Shown here: piece after piece, positions 16,695-26,467 of the stretch
How positions within the stretch are numbered: position 1 is the stretch's first letter
Layout: every line of letters starts with the position of its first letter
DNA from: Bacteroidota bacterium
GTDB lineage: Bacteria; Bacteroidota; Bacteroidia; Flavobacteriales_F; PHOS-HE28
NCBI GenBank assembly: GCA_018267055.1
Contig: JAFDZF010000035.1
Span: 21,752 to 85,751, forward strand
Direction of reading: 5' to 3'
DNA length: 64,000 bases
The notes under the pieces: model-generated
Told to the model about the DNA's origin: nothing
Databases searched by the model: none
The model's input: the letters and a program-made list of their open reading frames with translations, nothing else
Translations under genes and position numbers: made by a program

Positions 16695-18779
16695 ATGACC
16701 CCTCGTCCTTCCCGCCTGCTCTGCCTGGGCCTCGCCGCCATGCCCTTCCTGGCCCTCGGCCAGGAGAACGGCTTCTCGTGCACGGCCAACGACCCGGACC
16801 TCATGGTGGAGCTCCACCACAACGACCCGCACCGCCTGCAGGAGATGCAGCAGGCCGAGGCGCAGCTGGAGGCGTTCACCCAGGGCTTCACCGCCGCCGA
16901 GCGCGGCGGCGGCCAGGGATACGTGATCCCGGTCGTCTTCCACATCATCCACGACAACGGTCAGGAGAACATCAGCGATGACCAGATCATCGACGAGATG
17001 CGCATCCTGAACGAGGACTTCAACAAGCAGAACCCGGAATGGCCCAATGTGCGGCCGGCGTTCCTGGACCTCGTGGCCGACGTGGGGGTGACCTTCCGCC
17101 TGGCCCAGCTCGACCCCAACGGCAACTGCACCAAGGGCATCACCCGCACGCAGAGCCCCCTCACCAATGACGGCACGCAGACCATGAAGGACCTGATCCA
17201 GTGGCCGCGCGACCGCTACCTGAACGTGTGGGTGGCGGCCAGTGCCGATGGCGCCGCGGGCTACGCCATGTACCCCGGCTCCGTGGCCTCCAGCTGGGCC
17301 GCCGGCGCGGACGGCATCGTGATCCTGCACTCCTACGTGGGCAGCATCGGCACCAGCAACGCGGGCCGCTCGCACGCCCTCTCGCACGAGGTGGGGCACT
17401 GGATCAACCTGGCGCACTGCTGGGGCTCCACCAACGACCCCGGCGTAAGCTGCGACGGGGACGACGGCGTGGCCGACACGCCCCAGACGATAGGCTGGGA
17501 CCATTGCGACCTGAACGGGGCCACCTGCGGCTCCACGCTGGACAACGTGGAGAACTTCATGGAGTACGCCTACTGCCAGAAGATGTTCACCAACGGCCAG
17601 AAGGCCCGCATGCTCGCGGCGCTGAACAGCTCCACTGCGGGCCGCAACAACCTCTGGACCGACCAGAACCTGGCCCTCACCGGGGTGAACCTGGCGCCGG
17701 CCCTCTGCGCGGTGGAGATCATGAGCAACGTGCGGCAGATCTGCGCCGGCTCGACGGTGCACTTCAGCGACATGAGCTACAACGGGGTGACCCAGCGGAA
17801 CTGGGTCTTCGTGGGCGGCCTGCCCGACGCTTCCGATCAGGAGGACCCGGTGGTGACCTATCCCCAGCCCGGCCTCTATCCCGTGACGCTCACCGCCAGC
17901 AACGGGGTGGAGTCGATCACGCATACGGAGAACAACTACATCCTCGTGCTCCCATCGACCGGGCTGCCCACCCCGTGGTCCGAAGGGTTCGAGGCGGTGA
18001 GCGCCCTGCCCAGCACGGATTGGATGGTGAACAACCCCGACGGCGACGTCAACACCTTCTCGCTCCGCACGGATGCCGCCTACTCGGGCACGCACAGCGT
18101 GCGCCTGAAGAACTCGGGCACCTTCACCGGCCGCATCGATGAGCTCATCAGCAACACCATCGACCTGAGCGCCACCAACACGCCCCTGCTCACGTTCCGC
18201 CACGCGTTCGCACGCCGCATGGCCAGCAACAACGACCTCCTGCGGGTCTACCTCAGCAACAACTGCGGCGCCACCTGGAGCCTGCGTTATGTGCTCCATG
18301 GGCAGAGCGACCTGCCCACCGTGCCGAACCAGGCCGGCTCGTTCACCCCGAGCAGCCCGACGCAGTGGGCCTACAACGAGATCGACAACATCGGCCCCGA
18401 GCTGCAGGTGAGCGATTTCCGCATCAAGTTCTGGTTCCAGGGCGATGGCGGCAACGACCTCTGGCTCGATGACATCAACATCAACGGCATGGCCGTCGGG
18501 TTCAGCGATGTCGGGGACCAGGGCGACCTGGACGTCCGCGTGGTGCCCAACCCCACCTCCGACGACGCCCAGCTGCTGGTGACGCTTCCCGAGGCCGGTG
18601 CCGTGCGCGCGGAGCTGCTCGACCCCACGGGCCGGGTGGTGCAGGTGATCGATGACGGCCGCCGGGCGGCCGGTGCCCAGCGCTGGACCCTGCCCGTGGC
18701 CGGCCTGCGCAGCGGCCTCTACCTGGTGCGCATCCAGTTCGGCGAACAGCGCCGCGTGGTGCGCTTCACGAAGTCCTGA
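16695..18779 (+). CDS. Secreted M43 (pappalysin/cytophagalysin-like) zinc metalloprotease with a T9SS C-terminal sorting domain
   Basis: Signal peptide MTPRPSRLLCLGLAAMPFLALGQ. Zinc site HEVGHWINLAHCW. Downstream are PKD-like and beta-sandwich regions. The C-terminus VVPNPTSDDAQLLV...GLYLVRIQFG...VRFTKS resembles a T9SS CTD. Confidence 0.85.
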   Translation: MTPRPSRLLCLGLAAMPFLALGQENGFSCTANDPDLMVELHHNDPHRLQEMQQAEAQLEAFTQGFTAAERGGGQGYVIPVVFHIIHDNGQENISDDQIIDEMRILNEDFNKQNPEWPNVRPAFLDLVADVGVTFRLAQLDPNGNCTKGITRTQSPLTNDGTQTMKDLIQWPRDRYLNVWVAASADGAAGYAMYPGSVASSWAAGADGIVILHSYVGSIGTSNAGRSHALSHEVGHWINLAHCWGSTNDPGVSCDGDDGVADTPQTIGWDHCDLNGATCGSTLDNVENFMEYAYCQKMFTNGQKARMLAALNSSTAGRNNLWTDQNLALTGVNLAPALCAVEIMSNVRQICAGSTVHFSDMSYNGVTQRNWVFVGGLPDASDQEDPVVTYPQPGLYPVTLTASNGVESITHTENNYILVLPSTGLPTPWSEGFEAVSALPSTDWMVNNPDGDVNTFSLRTDAAYSGTHSVRLKNSGTFTGRIDELISNTIDLSATNTPLLTFRHAFARRMASNNDLLRVYLSNNCGATWSLRYVLHGQSDLPTVPNQAGSFTPSSPTQWAYNEIDNIGPELQVSDFRIKFWFQGDGGNDLWLDDININGMAVGFSDVGDQGDLDVRVVPNPTSDDAQLLVTLPEAGAVRAELLDPTGRVVQVIDDGRRAAGAQRWTLPVAGLRSGLYLVRIQFGEQRRVVRFTKS

Positions 18780-19234
18780 TGGAAGGCCGCCACTGGGCCG
18801 GATACCTGGCCGCCCTGGTGCTGCTGGCCGCCTGCGGCCGCGCCAAGCAAGGCGCCAAGGACGCGCTGAACACCGGCGGTGAGCTGGCCGGCAAGGCCGC
18901 CACCGAGGTGCTGGAGGGCGTGGCCTCCGGCGTGGAGGATACCTGGAGCGTGCAGGTGCGGCTGAGCCCGCAACGCCGGCAGCAGGGCCTGGGCCTGGGC
19001 AAGGTCGCCGTGGAGAGCGACACCCTTGGGAAGTCCAACAAGCTGATGCTGTACCTCACGAACACCGCCGCCATGGACGATACCCTGCGCGTGACGGCCT
19101 TCGGCAAGGACAGCCTGGAGATGGGCCGCGCGCTGCTGCCGATCAAGGCGGCGGCGGGCTCCGGGGCGTACTACGAGGTGCATTTCCCGGCGCGCACGGA
19201 CCTGGGCCGCAAGGACCGGGTGATCGTCGAGTAG
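18779..19234 (+). CDS. Hypothetical lipoprotein
   Basis: Lipobox-like LLAAC in MEGRHWAGYLAALVLLAACGRAK. The ATG shares one base with the M43 stop (TGATG). Confidence 0.62.
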   Translation: MEGRHWAGYLAALVLLAACGRAKQGAKDALNTGGELAGKAATEVLEGVASGVEDTWSVQVRLSPQRRQQGLGLGKVAVESDTLGKSNKLMLYLTNTAAMDDTLRVTAFGKDSLEMGRALLPIKAAAGSGAYYEVHFPARTDLGRKDRVIVE

Positions 19235-19246
19235 GGGCCGGGCGCG

Positions 19247-19268
19247 AAAAAGCCCCTTCGTGAGGGGC
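19247..19268 (-). terminator. Rho-independent-type terminator for the 19294..19731 gene
   Basis: GCCCCT-TCGTG-AGGGGC hairpin, followed on the minus strand by a TTTTT run (AAAAA at 19247-19251 on plus). Confidence 0.5.
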
Positions 19269-19293
19269 CGTCCAGCGGGTGGCTCAGGATCGC

Positions 19294-19731
19294 TTATTCC
19301 TTGAAGCCGACCAGGATGCCGACACAGCCCACGGTGAGCATGCCGTTGCCGCCCTTGGGCGTGCCGGGCACATCGATGTGCACGGTGAGCTTCTGCGTGG
19401 TGGCCACCTTGAACTCGAAGCTGGGCTTGGGGTCGTCGGCGGTGCTTTCGAACAGGGGCTTGCCGGTGGCGTCGGAGAGCTTCCAGTTCACGTTGCCCAG
19501 GATGGGATGGGCGCAGACGAGCAGGCGGTATTCCTGGCCGCTGTAGAAGGTGAGGTCCACCTCGGCCTCCTCCCCGGGGGCCAGCTGGGCGGCGCTGAAG
19601 GTCTCATTGAACTTGTACGGGGCCAGCGCAGGGACGCACTTGTTCTTGGCGAAGCTGCGGCATTGGGCCTGCGAGGCCAGGGGAAGGGCCGAAAGGAGCA
19701 CGACGGCGATGAGGGAGGAGATGTGCTTCAT
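19294..19731 (-). CDS. Hypothetical secreted protein
   Basis: Signal peptide MKHISSLIAVVLLSALPLASQAQC. High-GC third positions. Lies 12 nt downstream of the preceding gene. Confidence 0.7.
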   Translation of the reverse strand: MKHISSLIAVVLLSALPLASQAQCRSFAKNKCVPALAPYKFNETFSAAQLAPGEEAEVDLTFYSGQEYRLLVCAHPILGNVNWKLSDATGKPLFESTADDPKPSFEFKVATTQKLTVHIDVPGTPKGGNGMLTVGCVGILVGFKE

Positions 19732-19743
19732 GGGCCGAGGGGA

Positions 19744-20634
19744 TCAATTGATATAGGTCGCGCGGACGGCCGCGGTCTTCTCACTGAGCGCCTTGAGCTG
19801 CTCATCGGTGATGGACGCCACGGGGGCCGTGCCGCCGATGACGGCCACGCCGTTCTCCTGGGTCACCGTGCTGCCGCCCGCGGGGACGGTGACGGGCTCG
19901 AAGAGCACGCTGATGCCCTTCAGGTCGGCCAGCACGCTGGACACGGCGGGGTCATCGGTGCTGTAGGTGGAGATGAGCTCGATGAGGTCGGCCAGCGGCA
20001 GCTTCTGCTCGGCGATGCGCTGGCGCAGCTCGGGCGTGTCGTGCGCCTTGGCCACGACCGTGGCGATGTAGAGGCCTTCCACCCATCCACCGGCGATCAT
20101 CAGCGCGCTGATGTTGTCACGCTGGCTCTCCTTCAGGTAGGCGTCCACGTTCCAGTAGGTCTCGCTGATGATGCTCAGCAGCGAATCGCGGTCATTGCGG
20201 TTCTTCTCCAGGCGGCCCACCACCTCCTCGTTGAACGCTCCGCTCACGTCCAGGTGCTTGGCGAGCTTCTGCGCGCAGCTGGTGTAGAGCATGCTCTCCT
20301 GCGTGTTGTTGTACACGCTGGCGTAGCTGAGGTCCGCGCCGTAGATGCCCAGGTTGAGGGCCCGCTTGCTCGCCGCGGTGTAGTTGTCCACGTGCTTGAC
20401 ATCGTTCAGGATGTCCTTGTCGTACTCGGCGCCGGCCTTCTTCAGCAGGGCGGCGGTCTCCATCGGGGAGGGGATGTTGTGGAAGATGTTCTTCGTGCGC
20501 TTCACGCGCTGGACGGCCGTGGTGTCGGTCGCCTCCACCTTCAATGTGTCCTGCTGGGGTTGGTCACTGCCGCAGGAAGCCAGGAGGAGGCCGGCCAGCA
20601 GGCCAAGGGTCCATCGGATCGCTCGCATGTCCAT
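19744..20634 (-). CDS. Hypothetical lipoprotein
   Basis: The internal start gives MDMRAIRWTLGLLAGLLLASCGSDQ (lipobox). The N-terminal extension in the track overlaps polA and is not credible. Confidence 0.7.
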   Translation of the reverse strand: MDMRAIRWTLGLLAGLLLASCGSDQPQQDTLKVEATDTTAVQRVKRTKNIFHNIPSPMETAALLKKAGAEYDKDILNDVKHVDNYTAASKRALNLGIYGADLSYASVYNNTQESMLYTSCAQKLAKHLDVSGAFNEEVVGRLEKNRNDRDSLLSIISETYWNVDAYLKESQRDNISALMIAGGWVEGLYIATVVAKAHDTPELRQRIAEQKLPLADLIELISTYSTDDPAVSSVLADLKGISVLFEPVTVPAGGSTVTQENGVAVIGGTAPVASITDEQLKALSEKTAAVRATYIN

Positions 20635-20689
20635 GCCCGGTGTTGTAGGGAAGAGCGGGCTCGTAAAGGTGCGCGGCGGCCGCATGTGT

Positions 20690-23536
20690 TCAGTGGGCCT
20701 CGAGCCAGTTTTTCCCCACGCCCATGTCAACAACCAAGGGCACGTCCAGTTGCAGCGCACCCTCCATCAGCTCCTTCACCAGGGCCTTCATCACCGCTTC
20801 CTCGTCGCGGTGCAGGTCGAACACCAGTTCGTCGTGCACCTGCAGCAGCAGGCGGCTGCGGAGGCCTTCCTGCTTGATGCGGTCGTGGATGCGCACCATC
20901 GCCACCTTGATGATGTCCGCCGCGGTGCCCTGCATGGGCGCGTTGATGGCGATGCGCTCGGCCTGGGCCCGCACGGTGTTGTTGGCGCTGGTGATGTCGG
21001 GCAGGTAGCGGCGGCGGCCCATCAGCGTGCGGATGTACCCGTGCTCCCGGCAGAACGCGATGGTGGTGTCCATGTAGTTGCGGATGCCCGGGAACTGCGC
21101 GAAGTAGCCGTCGATGATCTCCTTGGCCTCGCCGCGCGGGATGCCCAGCACCTGGCTGAGGCCGAAGGCGCCCTGGCCGTAGGCGATGCCGAAGTTCACG
21201 GCCTTCGATCGCGAGCGCTGCTCGCGCGTGACCTCCCCGATGGGCACGTGGAACACCTTGGCCGCGGTGGCCGCGTGGATGTCCAGCCCCTGGCGGAAGG
21301 CCTCCTGCATGTTGGGATCGCCGCTCATGTGGGCGATCACGCGCAGCTCGATCTGGCTGTAGTCGGCGCTCAGCAGCAGGTGGTCCGCGTCGCGGGGCAC
21401 GAAGGCCTTGCGGATCTCACGGCCCTTCTCGGTGCGGATGGGGATGTTCTGCAGGTTGGGATCATTGCTGGCCAGGCGCCCGGTGGCGGCCACCGTCTGG
21501 AGGTAGCTGGTATGCACGCGGTGCGTGCCGGGATCGGCGGCCTCGGGCAGCGTGTCCACATAGGTGCCCTTCAGCTTCCGCAGGCTGCGGTAGTCGAGGA
21601 TGAGGGGGATGGCCGGGTGGGCGCCGCTCAGCTCCTGCAGGATGTCCTCGCTCGTCTGGTACTGGCCGGTCCGGGCGGTCTTCTTCACCTTGTCGCCGCC
21701 CACCTTCAGCGTCTCGAAGAGCACGTCGCCCAGCTGCTTGGGCGAATCGATGTTGAACACCACCCCGCACTTCTCGTGGATCTCGGTCTGCAGGCGAACG
21801 AGGTCATTGGCCAGCTCCCCGCTGAACTGCTTCAGCGCGGGGATGTCGATGCGGATGCCTTCGCTCTCCATCGACGCCAGCACGCTCACCAGCGGCATCT
21901 CCACCTCGCTGAACAGGGGCATCATGTCGTCGGCCTGCAGCAGCGGGCCGAACTTCTCCGCCAGCTGCCAGGTGACGTCGGCGTCCTCCGCGCTGTACTC
22001 CTTCACCGCTTCGATGTCCACGTCGCGCATGCTCTTCTGCACCTTGCCGCGGCCGCGTTCGCCGATGAGCGTGGTGATGCTCACGGGGCGGTAGCCGAGG
22101 TAGGTCTCGCTCAGGTAGTCCATGCCGTGGCGCAGGTCGGGCTTCAGCATGTAGTGCGCCACCATGGTGTCGAAGAGCGGGCCGCGCAGCTCCACGCCGT
22201 AGTTGGCCAGCACGCGGATGTCGTACTTGCCGTTCTGCGCCACCTTGCCGATGGCCGCGTTCTCCAGCACGGGCTTGAAGATGTCCACGATGCGCTGGGC
22301 CTCGGCGCGGTCGGCGGGCACCGGCACGTAATGGCCTTCGTGCGGCTTCCAGCTGAAGGCGAGCCCCACCAGCTCCGCCGTGCGCTCATCGGTGCCGGTG
22401 GTCTCCGTGTCGAAGCAGAACCGCGGCTGCTTCTTCAGCTGCGCGGCCAGCATGTACATCGCCTCGTTGGTGTCGTCGAGGACGTAGCGGTGGTCGGTGG
22501 TGTCGATGGTGGCCAGCTCGGTGAGGGCCACCGTGCCGTCCGCGTTCACGCTGGTGCCGAAGAGGTCCACCTGCGCGGTCGGGACCGCGGCCCGCTTCGC
22601 CTTCCCGTTGGTGGCGACCGGCTCGGGCGGCGTGCCGAGCACGCGCGCGGAGAGGTTGCGGAACTCCAGCTCACTGAAGACCTCCAGCACCTTTTCCTTG
22701 TCCGGCGGGTCCAGGTGCAACGCCTCGTGATCGAGCGTCACGGGCGCGTTCACATTGATGGTGGCGAGCATCTTGCTCAGCCGGCCCTGCTCGGCGAAGC
22801 CCACCACGTTCTCCTTCTGCTTGCCCTTGAGCTGGTCGGCATTGTCGATCACCGCCTCCAGGCTGCCGAAGCGTTGCACCAGGGCCATGGCCGTCTTCTC
22901 GCCGATGCCCGGGATGCCGGGGATGTTGTCCACCGCGTCGCCCATCAGGCCCAGGATGTCCTTCACCTGCTCGGTGCGTTCCAGGCCCCAGCGGGCACAG
23001 ATCTCCTTGGGTCCCAGCACCTCCGGCGGGTCGCCGCCGCGGCCCGGCTTGTACATCAGGACCTTCTCCGTCACCAGCTGCCCGAAATCCTTGTCGGGCG
23101 TCACCATGTAGGTGGTGTAGCTCTCCTGCTCCGCCATCCGCGCCAGGGTGCCGATCACGTCGTCGGCCTCATAGCCGTCGGCCTCCAGGATGGGGATGTT
23201 CATCGCCTCGATGATGCGGCGGATGTACGGGATGTTGCTGCGGATGTCGTCGGGCGTCTCCTGGCGGTTGGCCTTGTAGTCCAGCAGGGTCTCGTGGCGC
23301 TCGGTGGGCGCGGCGGTGTCGAAGACCACGGCGATGTGCGTGGGCTTCTCGCGCTTGATCAGGTCGAGCACCGTATTGGTGAACCCGAAGGCGGCGCTGG
23401 TATTGAAGCCCTTGCTGTTGATGCGCGGCGCGCGGATGAAGCTGAAGTAGGCGCGGTAGATGAGCGCGTAGGCGTCGAGGAGGAAGAGCCGCTTGTCCTC
23501 GGTGGCTGCTATGGTCGTGTCGGTATCGGCGGACAT
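20690..23536 (-). CDS. polA: DNA polymerase I
   Basis: 948 aa. It has a 5'-nuclease N-terminus (LFLLDAYALIYRAYF), a 3'-5' exonuclease region, and family A polymerase motifs (DYSQIELRV, RRxAKxxNFGxxYG-like KAVNFGIAYG, LLQVHDELVF). Confidence 0.95.
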   Translation of the reverse strand: MSADTDTTIAATEDKRLFLLDAYALIYRAYFSFIRAPRINSKGFNTSAAFGFTNTVLDLIKREKPTHIAVVFDTAAPTERHETLLDYKANRQETPDDIRSNIPYIRRIIEAMNIPILEADGYEADDVIGTLARMAEQESYTTYMVTPDKDFGQLVTEKVLMYKPGRGGDPPEVLGPKEICARWGLERTEQVKDILGLMGDAVDNIPGIPGIGEKTAMALVQRFGSLEAVIDNADQLKGKQKENVVGFAEQGRLSKMLATINVNAPVTLDHEALHLDPPDKEKVLEVFSELEFRNLSARVLGTPPEPVATNGKAKRAAVPTAQVDLFGTSVNADGTVALTELATIDTTDHRYVLDDTNEAMYMLAAQLKKQPRFCFDTETTGTDERTAELVGLAFSWKPHEGHYVPVPADRAEAQRIVDIFKPVLENAAIGKVAQNGKYDIRVLANYGVELRGPLFDTMVAHYMLKPDLRHGMDYLSETYLGYRPVSITTLIGERGRGKVQKSMRDVDIEAVKEYSAEDADVTWQLAEKFGPLLQADDMMPLFSEVEMPLVSVLASMESEGIRIDIPALKQFSGELANDLVRLQTEIHEKCGVVFNIDSPKQLGDVLFETLKVGGDKVKKTARTGQYQTSEDILQELSGAHPAIPLILDYRSLRKLKGTYVDTLPEAADPGTHRVHTSYLQTVAATGRLASNDPNLQNIPIRTEKGREIRKAFVPRDADHLLLSADYSQIELRVIAHMSGDPNMQEAFRQGLDIHAATAAKVFHVPIGEVTREQRSRSKAVNFGIAYGQGAFGLSQVLGIPRGEAKEIIDGYFAQFPGIRNYMDTTIAFCREHGYIRTLMGRRRYLPDITSANNTVRAQAERIAINAPMQGTAADIIKVAMVRIHDRIKQEGLRSRLLLQVHDELVFDLHRDEEAVMKALVKELMEGALQLDVPLVVDMGVGKNWLEAH

Positions 23537-23573
23537 GGCGGGGAAGTTAACCCCGCGCCGGGAAGCGGGACGG

Positions 23574-24038
23574 TCAGGCGGAGGTCAGCAGCCACGCGTG
23601 GCTGAAGGCCCCGTCGAAGGAGGTCCAGAAGTAGCACAGGCGCTTGCGGCGGCTCTTCAGCAGGCCCTGCACCTCGGGGTGGTCGCTGTCCGCGTAATGC
23701 AGGTGGATGCGGCCGGTGGCGGCATCGAGCGTAGGGGCCGGGAGCGGCGCGCCGTTCCCCACGAAGGAGACCAGCACGCTGTGCACGCTGCTCTGCGAAG
23801 AGCCCGGCGCACCGGCGAAGAGCAACTGGCCCGGCGGGGCGCTCAATTGTCGCGTGATGTTCAGCACTTCCAGGTGGCCGAAGGAGCGCAGGGAGCGCGC
23901 CGTGTCGGCACCGGTGCGGTACGGCTTGGCGGCTTGGGCGGGAGCGCTGGCGATCATGGCGGGACGGCTGGCGGCGGGCCGCGGATCGAAGGTGGGAGAT
24001 CCCCGGCACGGAACGGGCACCCCGACCCGTGACTTCAT
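23574..24038 (-). CDS. Hypothetical protein, no recognisable family
   Basis: Third codon positions on this strand and frame are almost all G/C over the 3' half, which is the coding signature of this genome. The start is uncertain; an internal ATG lies at 23957. Confidence 0.5.
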   Translation of the reverse strand: MKSRVGVPVPCRGSPTFDPRPAASRPAMIASAPAQAAKPYRTGADTARSLRSFGHLEVLNITRQLSAPPGQLLFAGAPGSSQSSVHSVLVSFVGNGAPLPAPTLDAATGRIHLHYADSDHPEVQGLLKSRRKRLCYFWTSFDGAFSHAWLLTSA

Positions 24039-24113
24039 GGAAACTTCACATTGGCTTTACATGAGGCGGACCGGAACGTCGGTCCGCCGGTCCCCCTCCG
24101 TACTTTTCGGCGG

Positions 24114-26435
24114 ATGAACGAGCGCCGGATCGAACTGCTGCCGCCCGACACGCATACGGGCCTGACCCTCAGCGACCGCAAGGACCGTGCGGCGGGCCTG
24201 CCCGCCCTGAAATGGTCCATGGCCCACCTGATGGAGGAGACCGGCGTGCTCAACGGCATCAGCATCCTGAACAAGCTGAACCAGCGCGACGGCTTCGACT
24301 GCCCCGGCTGCGCCTGGCCCGACCCCGAGCACCGCAGCCGCTTGGGCGAATACTGCGAGAACGGCGTGAAGGCCATCGCCGAGGAGGACACCACCAAGCG
24401 GGTGGACCGCGACTTCTTCGCCGCGCACAGCGTGGAGGAACTGAGCACGTGGAGCGACCTCCACCTGGGCAAGGCCGGCCGCATCACCGAGCCCTTCGTG
24501 CTGCGCAGCGGAAGCTCGCACTACGAGCCCATCACCTGGGACGAGGCCTTCACCCTCATCGCCGGCCGGCTGAACGGGCTCCCCTCGCCCCACGAGGCCA
24601 TCTTCTACACCAGCGGCCGCGCCAGCAACGAGGCGGCCTACCTCTACCAGCTGTTCGTGCGCCAGTTCGGCACCAACAACCTGCCCGACTGCAGCAACAT
24701 GTGCCACGAGAGCAGCGGCACGGGCCTGGGCGAGACCATCGGCGTGGGCAAGGGCACGGTATCGCTGGAGGACATCTACCAAGCGAAGCTGATCATCGTG
24801 ATGGGGCAGAACCCCGGCACCAACCACCCCCGCATGCTGAGCGCCCTGGCGAAGTGCGTGCGCAACGGCGGCAAGGTGGTGAGCGTGAACCCCCTGCCCG
24901 AAGCCGGCACGCACCGCTTCGTCGACCCCCAATCGCCCCTGAGCGTGCTGGAGGGCGGCACCCCGCTCAGCGGCCTGCACATCGGGCTGCGCGTGAACAC
25001 CGACGTGGCGCTGCTGAAGGGCGTCATGCGCCTGCTGCTGGACAAGGAGGACGCCGCGCCGGGGTCCGTGTTCGACCACGCGTTCATCCGGGAGCGGACC
25101 GAGGGCTTCGACGCCTTCATCGCCGACCTGCGCACCGTGGACGCCCGGGCCATGGCCGACACCTGCGCCATCCCCTTCGCGGACCTGGAGCAGCTCGCGG
25201 ACCTCGTGGCGAGCACCGACCGCATCATCATCACCTGGGCCATGGGCCTCACCCAGCACGTGAACGCGGTGGCCAACATCCGGCAGGTGGTGGACCTGCT
25301 GCTCCTGCGCGGTGCCTTCGGCAAGCCGGGGGCGGGGGCCTGTCCCGTGCGCGGGCACAGCAACGTGCAGGGCGACCGCACCATGGGCATCTACGAGAAG
25401 CCCTCCGAGGACTTCCTCGCCGCGCTGGACAAGCGCTACGGCTTCACGGCACCCCGGGCCCATGGCCACGACGTGGTGGAGGCCATCGCGGCCATGCGCG
25501 ATACGCGCGGCAAGGTCTTCATCGCCCTGGGCGGCAACTTCATCAGCGCCACGCCCGACAGCGAGGTCACCGCGAAGGCCCTGATGAACTGCGCCCTCAG
25601 CGTGCAGGTGAGCACCAAGCTGAACCGCAGCCACGTGATCACCGGCGAGGAGGCCATCATCCTCCCCTGCCTGGGCCGCAGCGAGCGCGACCTCACGCCC
25701 GCGGCCGCGGGCACGGCGCCCCGGCCGCAGTTCGTCACCGTGGAGGACAGCATGAGCGTGGTGCACCGTTCGCAAGGGGCGCATGAGCCCGCTTCGCCGC
25801 ACTTGCGCAGCGAGCCCGCCATCCTCTGCGGCCTGGCCGCGGCGGTGCTGGGCCCCCGGAGCACGGTGGACTGGCACGCGCTGGCGCAGGACCACGACCG
25901 CATCCGCGACGAGATCGCGGCGGTGATCCCCGGCTTCACGGACTTCAACCGCCGGGTGCGCACACCGGACGGTTTCGTGCTGCCCAACGGCCCCCGCGAC
26001 GGCGCCCGCTTCACCACCCCCAGCGGCAAGGCCCGCTTCAGCGTGGACCCCGCCCTGCCCTGGACGGTGGGCCCCGGCGAGTACCTGATGATGACCATCC
26101 GCACGCACGACCAGTTCAATACCACCATCTACGGGCTGGAGGACCGCTACCGCGGCATCCACGGCGAGCGCCGGGTGGTGCTGATGCATGCGGACGACAT
26201 GCAGGAGGCCGGCCTGCGCACCAAGGACCGGGTGGACCTGGTGAGCGACTACGGGCATGAGCGCACGGCCACGGACTTCTTCGTGGTGCCGTACGACATC
26301 GCACGGGGTTGCGTGGCCACCTATTTCCCCGAGGCCAACGTGCTGGTGCCCCTGGAGCTGCGGGCGCTGAAGAGCGGAACGCCGGCGAGCAAGAGCGTCG
26401 TCATCCGGCTGCGCAAGCGGCCCGTCGAAGGCTGA
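24114..26435 (+). CDS. FdhF/YdeP family molybdopterin oxidoreductase
   Basis: LNQRDGFDCPGCAWPDP N-terminal Cys cluster, SNMCHESSG, and molybdopterin-binding segments typical of the YdeP family. Confidence 0.9.
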   Translation: MNERRIELLPPDTHTGLTLSDRKDRAAGLPALKWSMAHLMEETGVLNGISILNKLNQRDGFDCPGCAWPDPEHRSRLGEYCENGVKAIAEEDTTKRVDRDFFAAHSVEELSTWSDLHLGKAGRITEPFVLRSGSSHYEPITWDEAFTLIAGRLNGLPSPHEAIFYTSGRASNEAAYLYQLFVRQFGTNNLPDCSNMCHESSGTGLGETIGVGKGTVSLEDIYQAKLIIVMGQNPGTNHPRMLSALAKCVRNGGKVVSVNPLPEAGTHRFVDPQSPLSVLEGGTPLSGLHIGLRVNTDVALLKGVMRLLLDKEDAAPGSVFDHAFIRERTEGFDAFIADLRTVDARAMADTCAIPFADLEQLADLVASTDRIIITWAMGLTQHVNAVANIRQVVDLLLLRGAFGKPGAGACPVRGHSNVQGDRTMGIYEKPSEDFLAALDKRYGFTAPRAHGHDVVEAIAAMRDTRGKVFIALGGNFISATPDSEVTAKALMNCALSVQVSTKLNRSHVITGEEAIILPCLGRSERDLTPAAAGTAPRPQFVTVEDSMSVVHRSQGAHEPASPHLRSEPAILCGLAAAVLGPRSTVDWHALAQDHDRIRDEIAAVIPGFTDFNRRVRTPDGFVLPNGPRDGARFTTPSGKARFSVDPALPWTVGPGEYLMMTIRTHDQFNTTIYGLEDRYRGIHGERRVVLMHADDMQEAGLRTKDRVDLVSDYGHERTATDFFVVPYDIARGCVATYFPEANVLVPLELRALKSGTPASKSVVIRLRKRPVEG

Positions 26436-26467
26436 GGGATCCCCCTGCCTTCACCCGTCCTCCTTCC

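Noticed and set aside
24114-26435. Possible selenocysteine (in-frame TGA) in the FdhF/YdeP-family oxidoreductase.
   Set aside because: The frame is continuous with no internal TGA, and a Cys (SNMCHESSG) occupies the expected active-site context.
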